A DNA stretch of 57,525 nt, the filler included, from Porpidia crustulata (Eukaryota), in NCBI GenBank assembly GCA_964255105.1. It is 6 parts of 6 records of this genome, joined end to end, with 100 filler letters (N's around TTAATTAATTAA, not from the genome) between each part and the next. Parts side by side here need not be neighbours in the genome. Positions count along the whole stretch, not along the records: positions 19,233 to 28,733 come from CAXUWE010000936.1; positions 28,834 to 38,333 come from CAXUWE010000937.1; 4 more parts are not named here. One strand, written 5' to 3'. How positions within the stretch are numbered: the stretch's first letter is position 1; each line of letters starts with the position of its first letter. This document shows positions 24,749-37,703 of the stretch, in pieces. The notes below the pieces were generated by a model. That model was not told the origin of the DNA, searched no databases, and saw nothing but the letters and a program-made list of their open reading frames with translations. A program made the position numbers and the translations under genes.

Positions 24749-26954
24749 CACGTAAGACACAAGGCATGTCCTAGAGTAAATGGGTGCCTCTTCAGATATT
24801 GAAGTGGTTGCGACCTTAATCGAGGGTGGTGAAACGAGGCAGAATAGAACTCTCTTCCGCGACAGTTCTCGCGTAATGAACCTCGATTTAATAATCATGG
24901 TTTGTAAGTAAGAGACTCTGTATTCCGGGACTACACATGATTTCTACATCAATTGAATAAAACTACAACTTCGGCAATCCACCAAATAGAAATATATATA
25001 GACGCGGAAAGTGTCGAAGAAAACGCTCGGTGCGTAATAGATGCGATGATATTGGAGTCATCTGTCTCCACGATGCTCTCATTGCGACAGAAGATTGAAC
25101 GGGGACAATCCTTTCAGAGCTATTGATGATTAGCCAACCTAGGTAAGCAGTTTTTCATTCCAAAAATGGACACTGTTGCTCTTTTTTAATTATGACCGTC
25201 AGCGAGCGACTCAAGTGTGAGTTGCTCAGATTTATGCCATCGATCGTTGCTTATCGATCCATTCTCTACGTTCAGTCCCCAACGAGACTGATTTGAACAG
25301 CATCGTTTTCAGGATAAATATCTACCTTATGTTTGAGAATGATGTTCGTGATGACACAGAGGGTAGCGAAGTCGAGAGAACTTTTTGGTCCGGTGCTCAC
25401 GGTGTCTCTCGCACAGACAGGTACCGCAGAAGAGATCATCATGTCTTGGGCAGCAGAGTGGAGGGAACGGAAGGTTGTAAGATCATAAGGCTGAGATTCT
25501 TCAAAAAATCCCCACACGCACGTGCCCTCTCATGCGGGTATGGCCGCTTTAGCGAGCAGGTACGAGTAAGGCGACGTTCGATCTAGCACCCCGTAAGGTT
25601 GATATCCTACATCAATCATCCACTCACTATTCGCAGAGCCTGATTTCAGTGCCTTGAGGATGATCAGGAGAATAAATATGAAAAGGACCATGGCTTTTCG
25701 ACTCTCACCCTGATTAAAGGACCTGCTATCGTTTCACTGTATACCATCAAAGACCAGACTCAAGCCGGACCATAGTCTATTGAACTGAATGATACGAGAC
25801 TTGCCACGCCCCAATTGTCTCAGTTGCCTTGGAAGTTACTGGGAACTATCATTTACAGAGGGGATCTCCATGACATTTGATGACAGCGTTCACACATATA
25901 TCGGAAGCCGGATCTGAACAAGCTCATTGGGATAAGCATCGTCTTATCCGAAAATTAGCCGTCAACTCCATAACCTGCTTGGGTGGCGGTGATCAATCAC
26001 TGAAACAAGGAGTCTGACTTGGTACATGAGCTTTCTGGTCGAAGTTTGGACTCTCTGGAGAAGCTACAAGTATGGCGGCCTACGTGGAGAGAACAGCGGC
26101 AAAGAAAGAGACACGCAGTACACTGCATACAGCTATGCTGATCGATGAGAGATCTGACAGGAATTTAGAAGATTAGTGACGTATCAAAGAAGATCCGGGA
26201 AAAGACTTCTGGCACGGAAAACGGTGGTCCACATTCATGGAAGGCTTTGGGGTTTGGATTACCGTGTGGACCTTCAGTGACGAAGAGAAGCTTCCGAGGT
26301 CTTATCTGCTGACTTCCACTCTAAATACAAGACTGTGCGACAAGTAAATCCTTACTCAAAGGCTCCTGTCAAATAGATCCGCTACTCATGCCCGCATGTG
26401 TCGATGGTGTGCAAGACCTTGCAGCCAGCCGCCGCGGATCTGGTATACCATCGTCTGATAGAGTGAAATATTGACGCTTGAGAGAGCGCCCAGCCTTGAC
26501 GCGAACTTGGGTCTGCTTGTTGTGAAAGTCTGCGGTCGTTCCCCAACATCATGCTGGGCAACAGACACGTATCAAGAATGGACACCCGTCGAACGTCTTC
26601 CGTTCTCAGAAGATCCGGGTCTCCGTTCAGAGGACCGGTTCAGGTGTCAGCACCAGCGCAGTAAAAGTCAGGACAGTGCGAAGAACAAGCGTACATATGG
26701 CAGCTGTCATTAAGGTAGCCGTCCTAGACACGATGGTTATTCTAAGACATTGGAGAAATAAAAAACCGTTGAACTCCATGGGCGACTGCGTCGAAACTAC
26801 CCAACCTGCCCTAACATGGGCTATGAAAGGTGGGGGGTATTTAAAACAGAATTTGAAGACGAGCGACTATAAATTATGTTCCGTCTCCGTACAACTTTAG
26901 GGTGAAGTGTCAGTCACCTAATCTTAATGGATGCAATCCCCATTAGACATTGCT

Positions 26955-28364
26955 TTAAACTGTTCCTTCGCTCGAGCCATGCTGGGACTTTTCGGTGGGA
27001 CAATCCGCTCGCTCAGCGTAGGCAACGTCATAATCGGTCTTGACCACGATACCATGTCCGTCAGGAAGAATATTCTCTGCACTCTCGCTGCCGCCAACAA
27101 CCTTTTGAGAAATGCGACTGTTTCCATTTGGTTTGGACGCGGGAATTTTTCGAAGTGGCATGCTGCCACTGTAGTTCTCTTTCGAAACATTGTCTCGGGT
27201 ATTGAGTCCGGCACTACCTTTGCTCACGCGAGAGTTCTTGATGGAGCTGACGGTGCGGAACACCTGGACGAAAAGCGGTCGTAAAGTGGGGATCGTGCCC
27301 ATAATGATGATCAACCACATCTCTGTTCTAAGATCGAGGCATTAATTTGCTGTGTTAACTGAACGCTAGCCGGTACTTGACTTACTCTGCCCACACAACC
27401 AAGGGTAGGATGGCATCTATTGGAAGGGTGAGTGAACGCTCGAGAAAATTCGACATCGGATCGCTTACATGTAATATCATCCGCAGCTAGAAGGGTCAGA
27501 ATATACGAGGTCTTGATCGCAGCTGCCGCACCGGCCCTGGATGCAAGTTAGTCATTGTAATGTTCCTGATACCAGGATATCATACACTGAGCCTCCAGCG
27601 AAAAGAGCACTAAGACCGAGCCTTCTTTGCCAGCTGACTTGAAGATTCCAAAACATCACTGCAGGATAGAATGCGAGGAAAAAGTCGCATGCTGCCCCCC
27701 AACCTGTGAGACAGCCAGATTAGCACCACGGCACCACACCGCAATTGGCACTCGGTGCAAAAAGGATGACTTACTCCCTTGGAAGACGCCGAGTGAGAGT
27801 ACTGTGTGCTGGTGATCGCAAGTTCCTGGGGCGAGTACATTCCACAGCTTATCCCTCGGATTGCACTGAAACCAAACAATGATGCTTTGGTTGATATTCA
27901 GAAGCATTGTTGACGCACCAACGAAATACAGGATCCAGCGCCTGGTTTTGTTGGTTCGCCCTTGGATATGGAGCAAGATATCGAGAATGGCAAGTTTCCC
28001 GAATCCGGTGGAGAGGATGGTGCAGATGTTGAACATCCAGCTGTACAGAAAGCCCAGCCCGAGATGAGTTGGATCCACCGCGGCCAAGTGGTTTCCGATG
28101 CCATAGCGAGTGGTTAGGATCAGAAATATTTGCGCGAGGAGACCCAGTAGCTGTGTCCACGTCCGATAAGCAATGTTCCATTCCACGAGGACGAAAGAGA
28201 CTTACATAAGCCGTAAATATCCACAACAAATCCCAAGTGGGTCGTCGGATGATTTGGAAGCTGGTGTAGGCCCGCAGCGCCAGCAGGATGGTGGCCAGGC
28301 CCATCAGCGCTGAAGCCACGCCGACGGCCAGTGGCCCTCCGCCACCATAGGAATTCGAAGACAT
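26955..28364 (-). CDS. PTH11-like (fungal rhodopsin-domain) integral membrane protein, no CFEM domain
   Basis: Five GT-AG introns (including 28151-28205 and 27704-27774). Motifs LALRAYT, YGIGNH, GKLAIL, WFQCNPRDKLWN, CDFFLAFYP, IKT, EMWLIIIMGTIPTLRPLF. Confidence 0.85.
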
Positions 28365-28733
28365 GGATAGTTTTGGCACGGTGCGAAGTTCCAGGGAGCT
28401 TTGTTACCTTTCGCTGGCCATGATGGACTGTGGAAATACAATGTTTATCAGCGTGAGAAGATTCACATGTTGACAGAAAAAAATCTTTTTTTCTTCTCGA
28501 TGGCAGCACCTGAAGCTTTAAGTGTACGGGGACTGGTACGATCTCGAGCAACTACCACTATGATAGATCCCCTAATTCTTGTCCGTATGCTTTCGGAAGC
28601 AAGGGACGGGACTAGGATATCGACCAGCCAAGCTCCCTGCTTCCGCCCCTGTCTCTCCACCGTACTAATAAAAATCAAGGGACTACCATGGTAGTAGACA
28701 GGGGAGGTGGGGGGTGGAGAAATATAACATGGC

Positions 28734-28833
28734 NNNNNNNNNNNNNNNNNNNNNNNNNNNNNNNNNNNNNNNNNNNNTTAATTAATTAANNNNNNNNNNN
28801 NNNNNNNNNNNNNNNNNNNNNNNNNNNNNNNNN
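28734..28833. other. Artificial contig linker
   Basis: N44-TTAATTAATTAA-N44. Confidence 0.99.
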
Positions 28834-30291
28834 CGGGTGAAGAGTTCGCAGATCTGGGCGCGGGTGGCTTTGGTGAATCCGATTTTCATGTCGATCCGAC
28901 CGGGTCGGATCAAAGCCTCGTCGAGCTTCTCCGGTAGATTAGTCGTCATCACTAGGACTCTGCCTTCGTGGGAAGCGACGCCGTCGATAGCGTTGAGAAG
29001 ACCCGAGAGCGAGATCCCTTGGTTGTTTTCTTTGCCTTTGCTTTTGTTCGACTCTTGTGCTGTATGCAGAGCTTTTGTGACTTCTGCGCCCATTTTGGTG
29101 GCGGCGTCGTCGGTGTTGTTCTTAACGTCTTTTTCGAGATCCTCTCGTTTGGAAAGTCCGGCGCTGTCGATATCTTCAAGGAGCACTACGCAACGCCTGG
29201 GTAGACTGCTGAACAAAAGGCCAAGATCTTCTTCCGTGAGGGTGGGTTCGACCAGTGATATACAATAAATGTCTAAGCCAAAGACGCCGGCAATAGCCCA
29301 TGCAAGACTACTTTTACCGGTTCCAGGAGGACCTGAGAAGCTGTTAGCTCTGATTCCAAGTCTGCTCGAGAAATATCTGCTTACCATGAAACAAATATCC
29401 ACGTCTATACGGAATACCCCGATTAGCGTACCACCTTGGAGTAGAAGGGTGTAGGTATTCATTGATATCCGAGAGAACGGCATCTTTCTGGGTATGTTCC
29501 AATACAACCGTTTCCATAGGTCGAGATGGCCTTGTGGCAACCTTGTGCCAAACACCGCGACCCCGTCCCCGTGACTCTTTAGGCGCAGGTCTTCGAACAA
29601 CAGTGCAAGCCTTGCCTTTATCCAGATATTCATCTCGGGTTTCCTTGATCAAATCTTTGATAGGCTGAGTCGAGCGCCCGATGCACGTCAAGCTGATGAT
29701 CTCATCTTCGGTGAACACATTACCTCCCCACCCGGCCGCCATCATTGTTTTGTTTGACCGTTTGAACTTGAAAAGTCTCCCATGATGCATGAACCAATGA
29801 GCGCCAAAGTATGGCTGAAACTTTGGGGGTACTTTGGCATCCCAGTTGCTGAAGTTGATGTACGCGTCAGAGCCGAAATCTTCATCCATATCCATATCAT
29901 CCTGTGAATCCCAGGCGCTTTCATAACCTGTTTTTGCGAGCAAGCTGCGAGATCTTTTGGAGATGTCTTGCGCAGCGAGCCACTCCATTACGTGATCATA
30001 GATATCATCGTCAGAATTGATGCTGACGAAACTCATGAAATAATCTTCAAACCATCCAAGGGCGTGGGTCCAAACGTAATTGCAAGCCGTAAACGTACCA
30101 AAGATCAAGAGACATATTGAAACCACCAAGGTGATATCGAATCCCAAGGCCTCCCATAGGTATTTCGAGATAATGGAGTAGCCGGGGATGAAGGCTTCAA
30201 GGATATTTGCCGGCAATTGCGTGATGCTCTTGCTTCCGTTAAGATTGGAAGCATTGATGCTTTGCAGACTTTGAAACGCGTTGAAGGCCAT
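28834..30291 (-). CDS. BCS1-like AAA ATPase (BCS1_N + AAA), 3'-truncated by contig end
   Basis: WYANRGIPYRRGYLFH, intron 29333-29384, then GPPGTGKS (Walker A), LLEDID (Walker B), SLSGLLNAIDG, MTTN, LDEALIRPGRID. Confidence 0.9.
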
Positions 30292-33108
30292 GACTGGATC
30301 TTGAATCTACAAAGCGATCTGCGGGGGAGCTTTCTTAAATAGACATGGCCCTTGTAAATGCTAGTGACTCTTTCCGAGTGGTGGGGACTCGCGGTATTCA
30401 CGTCTCTGTCACCACCAGCCACCCAGTCGTGAGACAAGTGAAGAGAAATAGTGATTCAAGCCGTAGAGCACGCTTGATGCACTGAGAGATGGTGAAAGCG
30501 GGGTATAGACAGACAGTATTGACATATGATTCACTGTGGTTTTTTGGCAACGGCGAAGATTGAGATGTCAATATCAAATTCGAGAGAAGTGACATGACGC
30601 GTTAGATACAAGAGGACATTTATAGATGTACCTGAAAGGAGTTGAGTCATTCGTTAGGCACCTTTAGCCACCTGCACCACGGGCCATCTAATGCCGGGCA
30701 TGCCTGTAGAACATGGCAAAGAACATCGAGAGCTGAAAGATGAGAATCCGGGAAGTCACAGGGCGTGACGGTGATTGGGCTGAGGAGGCAGCACGCCGTT
30801 TGCCATTACATCGTATTTGCAGTCTTGGGTCTGTTGAGAGCTCCGTAAGACGCGCGGTCGACCGCATGTCATGTCTCATCCAGCTCTATATTCTTTGTTC
30901 TACTCATTGAAGACATCTTCCGAGGCATACCAAGGGCCATTTGATTTTCAAGGTGGTAAGGGCAAGACCGTGGCAATTCATCAACCAATGACGACGGCTC
31001 CGAGTGACTGGCACATTCGAATTGCTTAATGAGCGTTTGTGACACTTCAGAACGATTGGTTCATGATGATGCAGCGATGGGGAATCGTTCTGTTTTACGA
31101 GAAGGAGGCCATGGAGTTAGGTTCTCTTCAGGCTGGGTTGTACAAGAAAAAATTGATCGATAATGTTGCGCCACCGCTAGTCGGTGGCGGTGTAACATTC
31201 CGCCTCATGCATCATGTATGACCATCAGTATCCATCCTGCCTTGCCAGCCATAACATCAATGACTCGCATACTGCACCCAAAAAAGTGTGCGGCTCTAAC
31301 ATGCAAGTAGACGCCGAATATCCCACGGCATTCTGAGATCTCTTTGTGGCATCTTGCATGTTATGGTCGGCCACTAATGCAAAGTGGCTAATCCGCGGCT
31401 TTCCGCGGCTTCCTCAGCTTACACCTTAGTCAAAGCTCAGCTAACTTGAACCATGGATCGCAGTCTTAGTCCAACTGGGATCCATCGTATGCTGTGTAGA
31501 CTGTGCTGCCACTGTGCCGCAGAACTAAGCTACGTCTGCTATCCAAAAGAATGGGCAAACTCTGTCCTATGTGAAACCGAAGAGGATACTCACAGCTGCC
31601 TGGTGCGAGATCTCTTCCCTTCAGCAGGCAACGTATGTCTTCTTTCCTTGACCTGACGGAGAAAGAGGAGTTTGCTACCACATTAGCTCTAACATTCTAC
31701 ATCAGACGAAGCAGCATCTCTTTGTCTGTTGGCTCTACAAACTTGGAAACTTTCCTTAGCAGCTGCATACCTTTCTTGAGTATCTGTACCGCCTCAGCTG
31801 TGACTGGCTACTGGGCAGCGCCGTCTTCACAATGTAGTATGCCTTGGCTGTAGAATATTTGGAGAAAGAAACCATCGTTGCTATCCTTTCATATGAAGGG
31901 CAGGCACTGTACTTTAGGTTCATGCAGTCGCGGGGATGATAGAGAAGTACATGGAAGATTCTAGTGACCTGGTTTCTCTGACTGCATGCTGTTGATCAGT
32001 CTCCTCCAGAGCCTCCACGGCTATAGTAGCCTCTCTATGACGTGCCTAACTACCTTGAGGAAGGCCTGACCGGCGAGCTGGGCGATGAGGTCAGGAAAAA
32101 CTTGAGCGCGGCAATGGAGTGGCATGGTACATGAGATAATCGGTAAAGATAGGGCCAAACTCTCCTTCGATAGGTAGTCTTGCTTTGGGTATTCATACTG
32201 TACCCCTGCGGGAGCGTTTACATGACGCTTGCTTTCGATTGCTATTTCAATCAGTTCCTTTAGGATGCAGTATTATTGCAATAGATACTTCTTCTGCTGC
32301 ATCATGTAAACAGACCCAGGCTTTGATTGACGTTATCAAGCTTCACTTTTCCAACCCAATCCTCTATGTACAAGCGCCGCTCGCTCAAGTTCCCATTTCT
32401 ATTGAAGAACAACCATGGCGCAAGTCTGATTTGCTTAGACCGATTCTCCTACAGCACTGCAATCTCTGTTTTTTGGTTCCGAAATCGCTGTAATCATCCA
32501 GCGGACAGTATCTATTGCAAGGTTGGTACTTTGACAAGTAAAAGGAGGCCAGATTCGAGCGTTATTATTGCTGAGCTCCACATCTTGGCTTTTCAGAATT
32601 CTCAGCTTCGACCGTGATTTGGTTTCGTAATCGTCGCATTTCTCGTTCGCAATTTCTTTCCAATTTTATCGTTGAATTTGCGAAACCGCCATGATTAATG
32701 TAGTTTGTAAGCTTCCGTCGCTCTACCCAGGCTACATGAGAGTAATCGCTCGCAATTACTTGCACACTGCCAGATCTTACATATTTCTAGTCAACGGAAA
32801 GGTTCTCGCGGCCAATCGAAAAGGTTGGATGACAAACCAAATGAGGTTGTTTGATTACTTATCATGTTACCAAGACACTTTGTAACATGATCATGGGCTT
32901 CAAACGTGCTTCTTCGAGATCAGAGATGCTGACGAGCCCCAGATGGCGAGCATATAAGGTTAACGAACATGCTGCTCCAACAACTTTTCTACTCAACATC
33001 ATCCTCACCTATCAACCAGCAGTACAAAAACCAGATCCGCCTCGAACATATAATCAAGGACAGAACCACCACTCCATCCACCTGTCTTCAAGCAGCTAGT
33101 CCAGCATA

Positions 33109-33966
33109 ATGACATCATTTGTTACCAACCGCAAAGAACCCTACGCCGCGCTCTCGCCCACGCTTCCGGGCCGCTCGCTTGCTGGAAAGAGCGCATTTGT
33201 TACTGGCGCCGGCCGTGGTGTTGGCGAGCACATTACCCGAGGCCTCGCCGCTGCAGGCGTTAAGCGCATTGGCCTCCTAGGCCGCGACCATGCCCGCATT
33301 GAGAAGGCCAAGGAGGCCTTCGCCAAAGAGTTCCCTGACACCACCTTCGAGGCTTACGCCGCCGACATCACCGAAGGCCCCGCCATCGCCGCCGTCTTCC
33401 AGGCCTTTGGCACCCCTGAAATCCTCGTCAATAACGCTGGCTACTTCCCGGACGACGGCCCTTTTGTCGAACAGGATCTCAAGCGCTGGTGGTCTGGCTT
33501 CGAAATCAACGTCCTAGGCACGGCCACCGTCAGTCAGAAGTTCCTGCAGGCCCTCGGCCCTGGGAAGAAGGCCATCGTGCTCAATGTCTCCAGTATGGCC
33601 GCCCACATGCGCTTTCCCTTGATCGGCTGGTCTGGCTACAATGGTAGTAAGCTGGCTGGGGCCCGCATCTTTGAGAATATTCGCTTCGAGCACCCGGATG
33701 TCCGCTTTGTCAACGTTCATCCTGGCAACATCGAGTCCGACGGCTACACCCGATCCGGCGCGTCGGATCCTCCAGGAGGCATGACCGATGGGAGACTGGT
33801 GGGAGACTTCTTCGCGTGGCTGTCGACGGACGAAGCCGAATTTCTCAGCGGGCGCTTCGTATGGGCGGAGTGGGACGTTGAGGAGCTGAAGGCTAAAAAA
33901 GCAGAGATCTTGGAAAAGGATCTGCTCCTTACCACGATTGACGGTTTCGATAAAGGATTCTTCTGA
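33109..33966 (+). CDS. Short-chain dehydrogenase/reductase
   Basis: Intronless 285 aa with TGAGRGVG, LVNNAG, NVSS, YNGSK (YxxxK), HPG and FLSGRFVWAEWDVEEL. Confidence 0.92.
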   Translation: MTSFVTNRKEPYAALSPTLPGRSLAGKSAFVTGAGRGVGEHITRGLAAAGVKRIGLLGRDHARIEKAKEAFAKEFPDTTFEAYAADITEGPAIAAVFQAFGTPEILVNNAGYFPDDGPFVEQDLKRWWSGFEINVLGTATVSQKFLQALGPGKKAIVLNVSSMAAHMRFPLIGWSGYNGSKLAGARIFENIRFEHPDVRFVNVHPGNIESDGYTRSGASDPPGGMTDGRLVGDFFAWLSTDEAEFLSGRFVWAEWDVEELKAKKAEILEKDLLLTTIDGFDKGFF

Positions 33967-34643
33967 ATCAAGGCTAGAGGTGATATGATTATGGAGTGAA
34001 CATTCAACATCGTTTTCAACGTGAATCTGTCCTGGTAGGGTTCATGCTCGCTTTAGATAGAACATAATAATCTTCGATCTGTCCTTCGACTGCTGCAAAT
34101 GATTGCCGCCAATGTGATGGAGTCAAAATCTACGACGAGGCAATCTGCAAGACGTATTGAACCATAATGTTTTGAGTTGCCTGGCTTCGGTATACTTTGC
34201 GGAAGCACAGAGGTCAAAGCTACCTGTATGACATCCTTTGCCCCATAGGGTGATTTATCTGCACATTGATCACGCGCAGCCCATAGAAAGCGGATTCTTG
34301 GCGTTAAGGTTGAGAACGCCTTGTGGCCATCGGCTTCCCCGCATCCTATATTTGCCTTGTCTGTTTCTTTCTTTGGTGCCTTCATTGACGAAATAGACTT
34401 TAGGCGTCGAATCCAGTCTGGTCTGGGCTCGGCTTGGTCGCAGAGCCTTGTTGGCCGCGGAAGAACCGACGGCTAAAGAAGAGGCTCTGCGTCGAATTGG
34501 TAAGGCTTTCTACTTTCTAGCGAGCACGGTAGTTTGCTAGCCTCGGTCTCGAAATCCGCATATTGGGTTTTCGCTATGTGGCTCGAATCCTCCAGCCGTC
34601 GCGGTTTCTGATTAAGATCGAAACAATAACATTGTACAGCCTG

Positions 34644-35918
34644 TTATTTAGAACGTGGCGGTTGAATAGGATCTATATAGCGCCGCGCATAGACCATCTT
34701 TCCTTCTTTAGGATCCATAACTACAGCGAAATGAGTTTCTTCATTGGCCGTGGGATACGATCCAACCCATTCGAATACGTCTCTTGCGGTAAGTAAGACT
34801 GGCTGTTCACGGGAACCCACACGTGAAGCCCTTTTGGCTGCCTTCAAGTGTGTTTCCCATCTTTTTACGGCTACCTTTTTACGCATGATGCTGTCTTCCA
34901 CGATACCTTCCATACCGGTAACTTGTAGTGTTCTGCCCGAAGCATCTTGAGCGACAATCTCGGACTTTGATCTTGATTCATCGGCCTGATCATGGTTGGT
35001 AACCACGATAAAATCCCTGGAAGACCTGACAACAGCTGTATGATTGTCTTTCTCCATGGTAACAGTCCTTTCTCCGTCACTAAGTATCAGATAGGTTGCA
35101 GTCGTTTTCAACAGGGGCAGTTTTCGTTCAATGGTGTCCAGGGTACCCCCAAGAGACTTCACATTGTTCGGTGAATTTTTCGTAGGTAAGAGGACCTGTC
35201 GCAGAATCGAGGTAATTGCTGGGCGGAGGCCTAGTAGAACAAGAAGATGATGTGAGTAGAATCGAATACTGGCAAGCCAACTACTCGAGTCATGGGTGGG
35301 GCGGAAGTTGAGTGATACACTCAAGCCCTTTTTCACGCCGGTCAGAAACCCCACGAATCCAAGATATGTGATAGTCGTAGCAACAACTTCCCCTCCAGTT
35401 TCTTCGATGAAGTCATATTTCACAACAACTTTCCTTAGAGGATTCATGCCCCAGTCTAGGGTCCTAAAGTGCAGCATTTTGGTTTCATCTTGTTCGCCTT
35501 TCACTCTCACACCTCCACTTGTACAACCCATGAGAATATCTAGTATGACGTTGAATGCTACCAGTAGATACATGTCGATTCCAGTGATCTGGTGCATGCC
35601 GCGTAGTTCCTTGGTCTGTTCCTTGCTGTGAACTCGTCGGAGGAATATCCGAGCAATCTTCTTGACATTATCGATGGATACATTTGGAACCAATTGCCCT
35701 ACTATTTCGTCAAAAAGTGCCGGTAAAGAGGCAATCTCCTCTGTGAAATCTTTCGCTACATGTTGATATCGTTTTCCTGGGGGAAGCGACAGATCGATGG
35801 TGTACTGGGGCGGTCGAAGGTCGTCGTAGGTGCCAGCATAGACCACCTCGGGAAACGGGGTGTTTGGGCCGATCATAGGAGCAAGTTTCTCACGGCTTCG
35901 TAAACCTGCCGATTGCAT
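34644..35918 (-). CDS. Acid ceramidase/NAAA-like Ntn hydrolase
   Basis: Intronless 424 aa with YTIDLSLPP, MGCTSGG (nucleophile Cys), HFRTLDWG, GFLTGVK..LSVSLNFR and VTNHD. Confidence 0.88.
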   Translation of the reverse strand: MQSAGLRSREKLAPMIGPNTPFPEVVYAGTYDDLRPPQYTIDLSLPPGKRYQHVAKDFTEEIASLPALFDEIVGQLVPNVSIDNVKKIARIFLRRVHSKEQTKELRGMHQITGIDMYLLVAFNVILDILMGCTSGGVRVKGEQDETKMLHFRTLDWGMNPLRKVVVKYDFIEETGGEVVATTITYLGFVGFLTGVKKGLSVSLNFRPTHDSSSWLASIRFYSHHLLVLLGLRPAITSILRQVLLPTKNSPNNVKSLGGTLDTIERKLPLLKTTATYLILSDGERTVTMEKDNHTAVVRSSRDFIVVTNHDQADESRSKSEIVAQDASGRTLQVTGMEGIVEDSIMRKKVAVKRWETHLKAAKRASRVGSREQPVLLTARDVFEWVGSYPTANEETHFAVVMDPKEGKMVYARRYIDPIQPPRSK

Positions 35919-36913
35919 GGTTTGACCGGATGCAACAAAAATTCCCGATTACATGAAAGGCAAGCCGGTGAGTAGATCATAAATCATAAACAAAAGACAG
36001 AAAAGGCGACGACGCCGACCACCCGATATCTGACACTTAAGCCTAAACGCGCTTAGCGCTTGACAATCAGCCTAGGTTAAGTCTCATCATTCACATCTTC
36101 CTCCCAACACACTGATATGAGTAACAGTACCTACTTTATGATTTACGCAGCGCCCTGCGTCGACCAATAATTGTGACCTATGACCATTATCACTCAGCGG
36201 CCGAATCCGAGCATCTGTATCAGATTTGCCTACAGAGAGTCTCCTTCGGACCGGCTTTGATGTCGGCCGATAGATTCGTCACCGAACAACACGGTCCTGG
36301 TGAAAGGTTACCAATATCAAATCAGAAGTTCTGGCGCGCAGTTTGATAAGTTCTATTACTGTTTATTACGGCAATCTTGTTCTCTAGCTTTTCGAGAACA
36401 ATGATTATCCAGATTTAGGCAGTTGTGTACACAGCGCTTCGAATAGAAGCCTTCCTTACTCAATTATTTTGCATGGGATTTCCTCTCTTACGACGATGAT
36501 GATAATCCTTCAGCACTACGATTCTTGGCCGTCAATCATATCTTCGAAGCTTTGATGCTAACTCGTGAATTTTGCTGCTTTCTGTACTTTTGAACGTACC
36601 TATCAAACCATCCAGATCGAGGTTGGCAGACATCTCAACACCAATGCGTACGCCTGTCAATTCCGGAGCAGAGTGGTATTGCCTCGATCTATAGAATCAT
36701 TGATGCTACGAGTGCCACGCAATATCCGAAGTTTACCTGCATACATCCATGTAACACAGCATGAAGTTGTCAGAGGCTTCTTTCTGTGAATAAATCTTCC
36801 GTAGCGGGGTACTCGGGCTTGAATAACAATCCTTTCTGAAGTATTTGAATATCTCTTCTCAGCACTCTTCTGCATACATTACCAGCCACATCTCTATTCA
36901 ATCCAATTTCAAT

Positions 36914-37703
36914 ATGTGTTGTTGTTGGCCATATGCAGATGTTGAATTGAAAGATCCTCTCCCAAAGAAGAAGGAAGAAAAAGAAGAGAGGGATTACCGC
37001 CTTGTTTCCGACAAATTACATGTGCGCCCCATTGTAAGTTACCGCACAACATTCTTGCGTGTTATCCTGCTTCACTTTGAATCCTTTTCAACCCATCATC
37101 CCTTCGAGTCTTCCACTCATTGTCAACACAACCACCGGAAAATACTGTTCTTTTGATACCACGAAACACCAGATTGAATATGAGCTACTATTACACCTAT
37201 GTGCCTCGCGAACCTCCCAAGGATACTCATCCATGGGCTCCCAAGGAAAAGAAAGCTGAGCCCGCCAAAAAAGCTGAGCTTGCCCAAGCACCCGCTCAAT
37301 ATGTTTGTGGCTATTATGCAATGGTTTCACGCATCCCACTTCACCATTGATCTCTTTCAACACATTGACTGACCTCACCTCCTAGGCTCCTCCCCCTATG
37401 GTCTATCAGCCACAATGTCCCACATACTACGTTGCCGCACAACCCGTCCCGGAGCCAGTGAAGACCAATTATTGGTACGGTGCCAGTACGGCCGAGGTAG
37501 ACAAACAGAACATTGAAATTGCTCAGGCTACCGGCGTCACCAAACCGGTCCAGTTGATCCCGAGTGCCGATCAGCAATTTTATGTCAAGGAGTTTGACGG
37601 TAGCTGGACTTTGCGCACGACAACAGATATCATGGGCAGCTGTCAGCCAGGACAGTGGGCGTATGCACAGGGAGGGTATCCTTTCTTTGTGCGCAAGAAG
37701 TAA
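36914..37703 (+). CDS. Small conserved fungal protein of unknown function with two candidate first exons
   Basis: Terminal exon 37386-37703 (WYGASTAEVDKQN...QQFYVKEFDGSWTLR...QPGQW..GGYPFFVR). Phase-0 donors at 37034 (exon 36914-37033, MCCCW) and 37303 (exon 37180-37302, MSYYY) both splice in frame. Confidence 0.7.

Noticed and set aside
25270..26900. Short ORFs between the pseudogene and the PTH11-like gene (likewise 31450-32620)
   Set aside because: No recognisable motifs or consistent splice model; cannot be supported as genes or transposon relics.
31392..31411. Direct repeat TCCGCGGCTT x2 resembling a Zn2Cys6/PDRE site
   Set aside because: Short, more than 1 kb from either flanking start codon, and could arise by chance.
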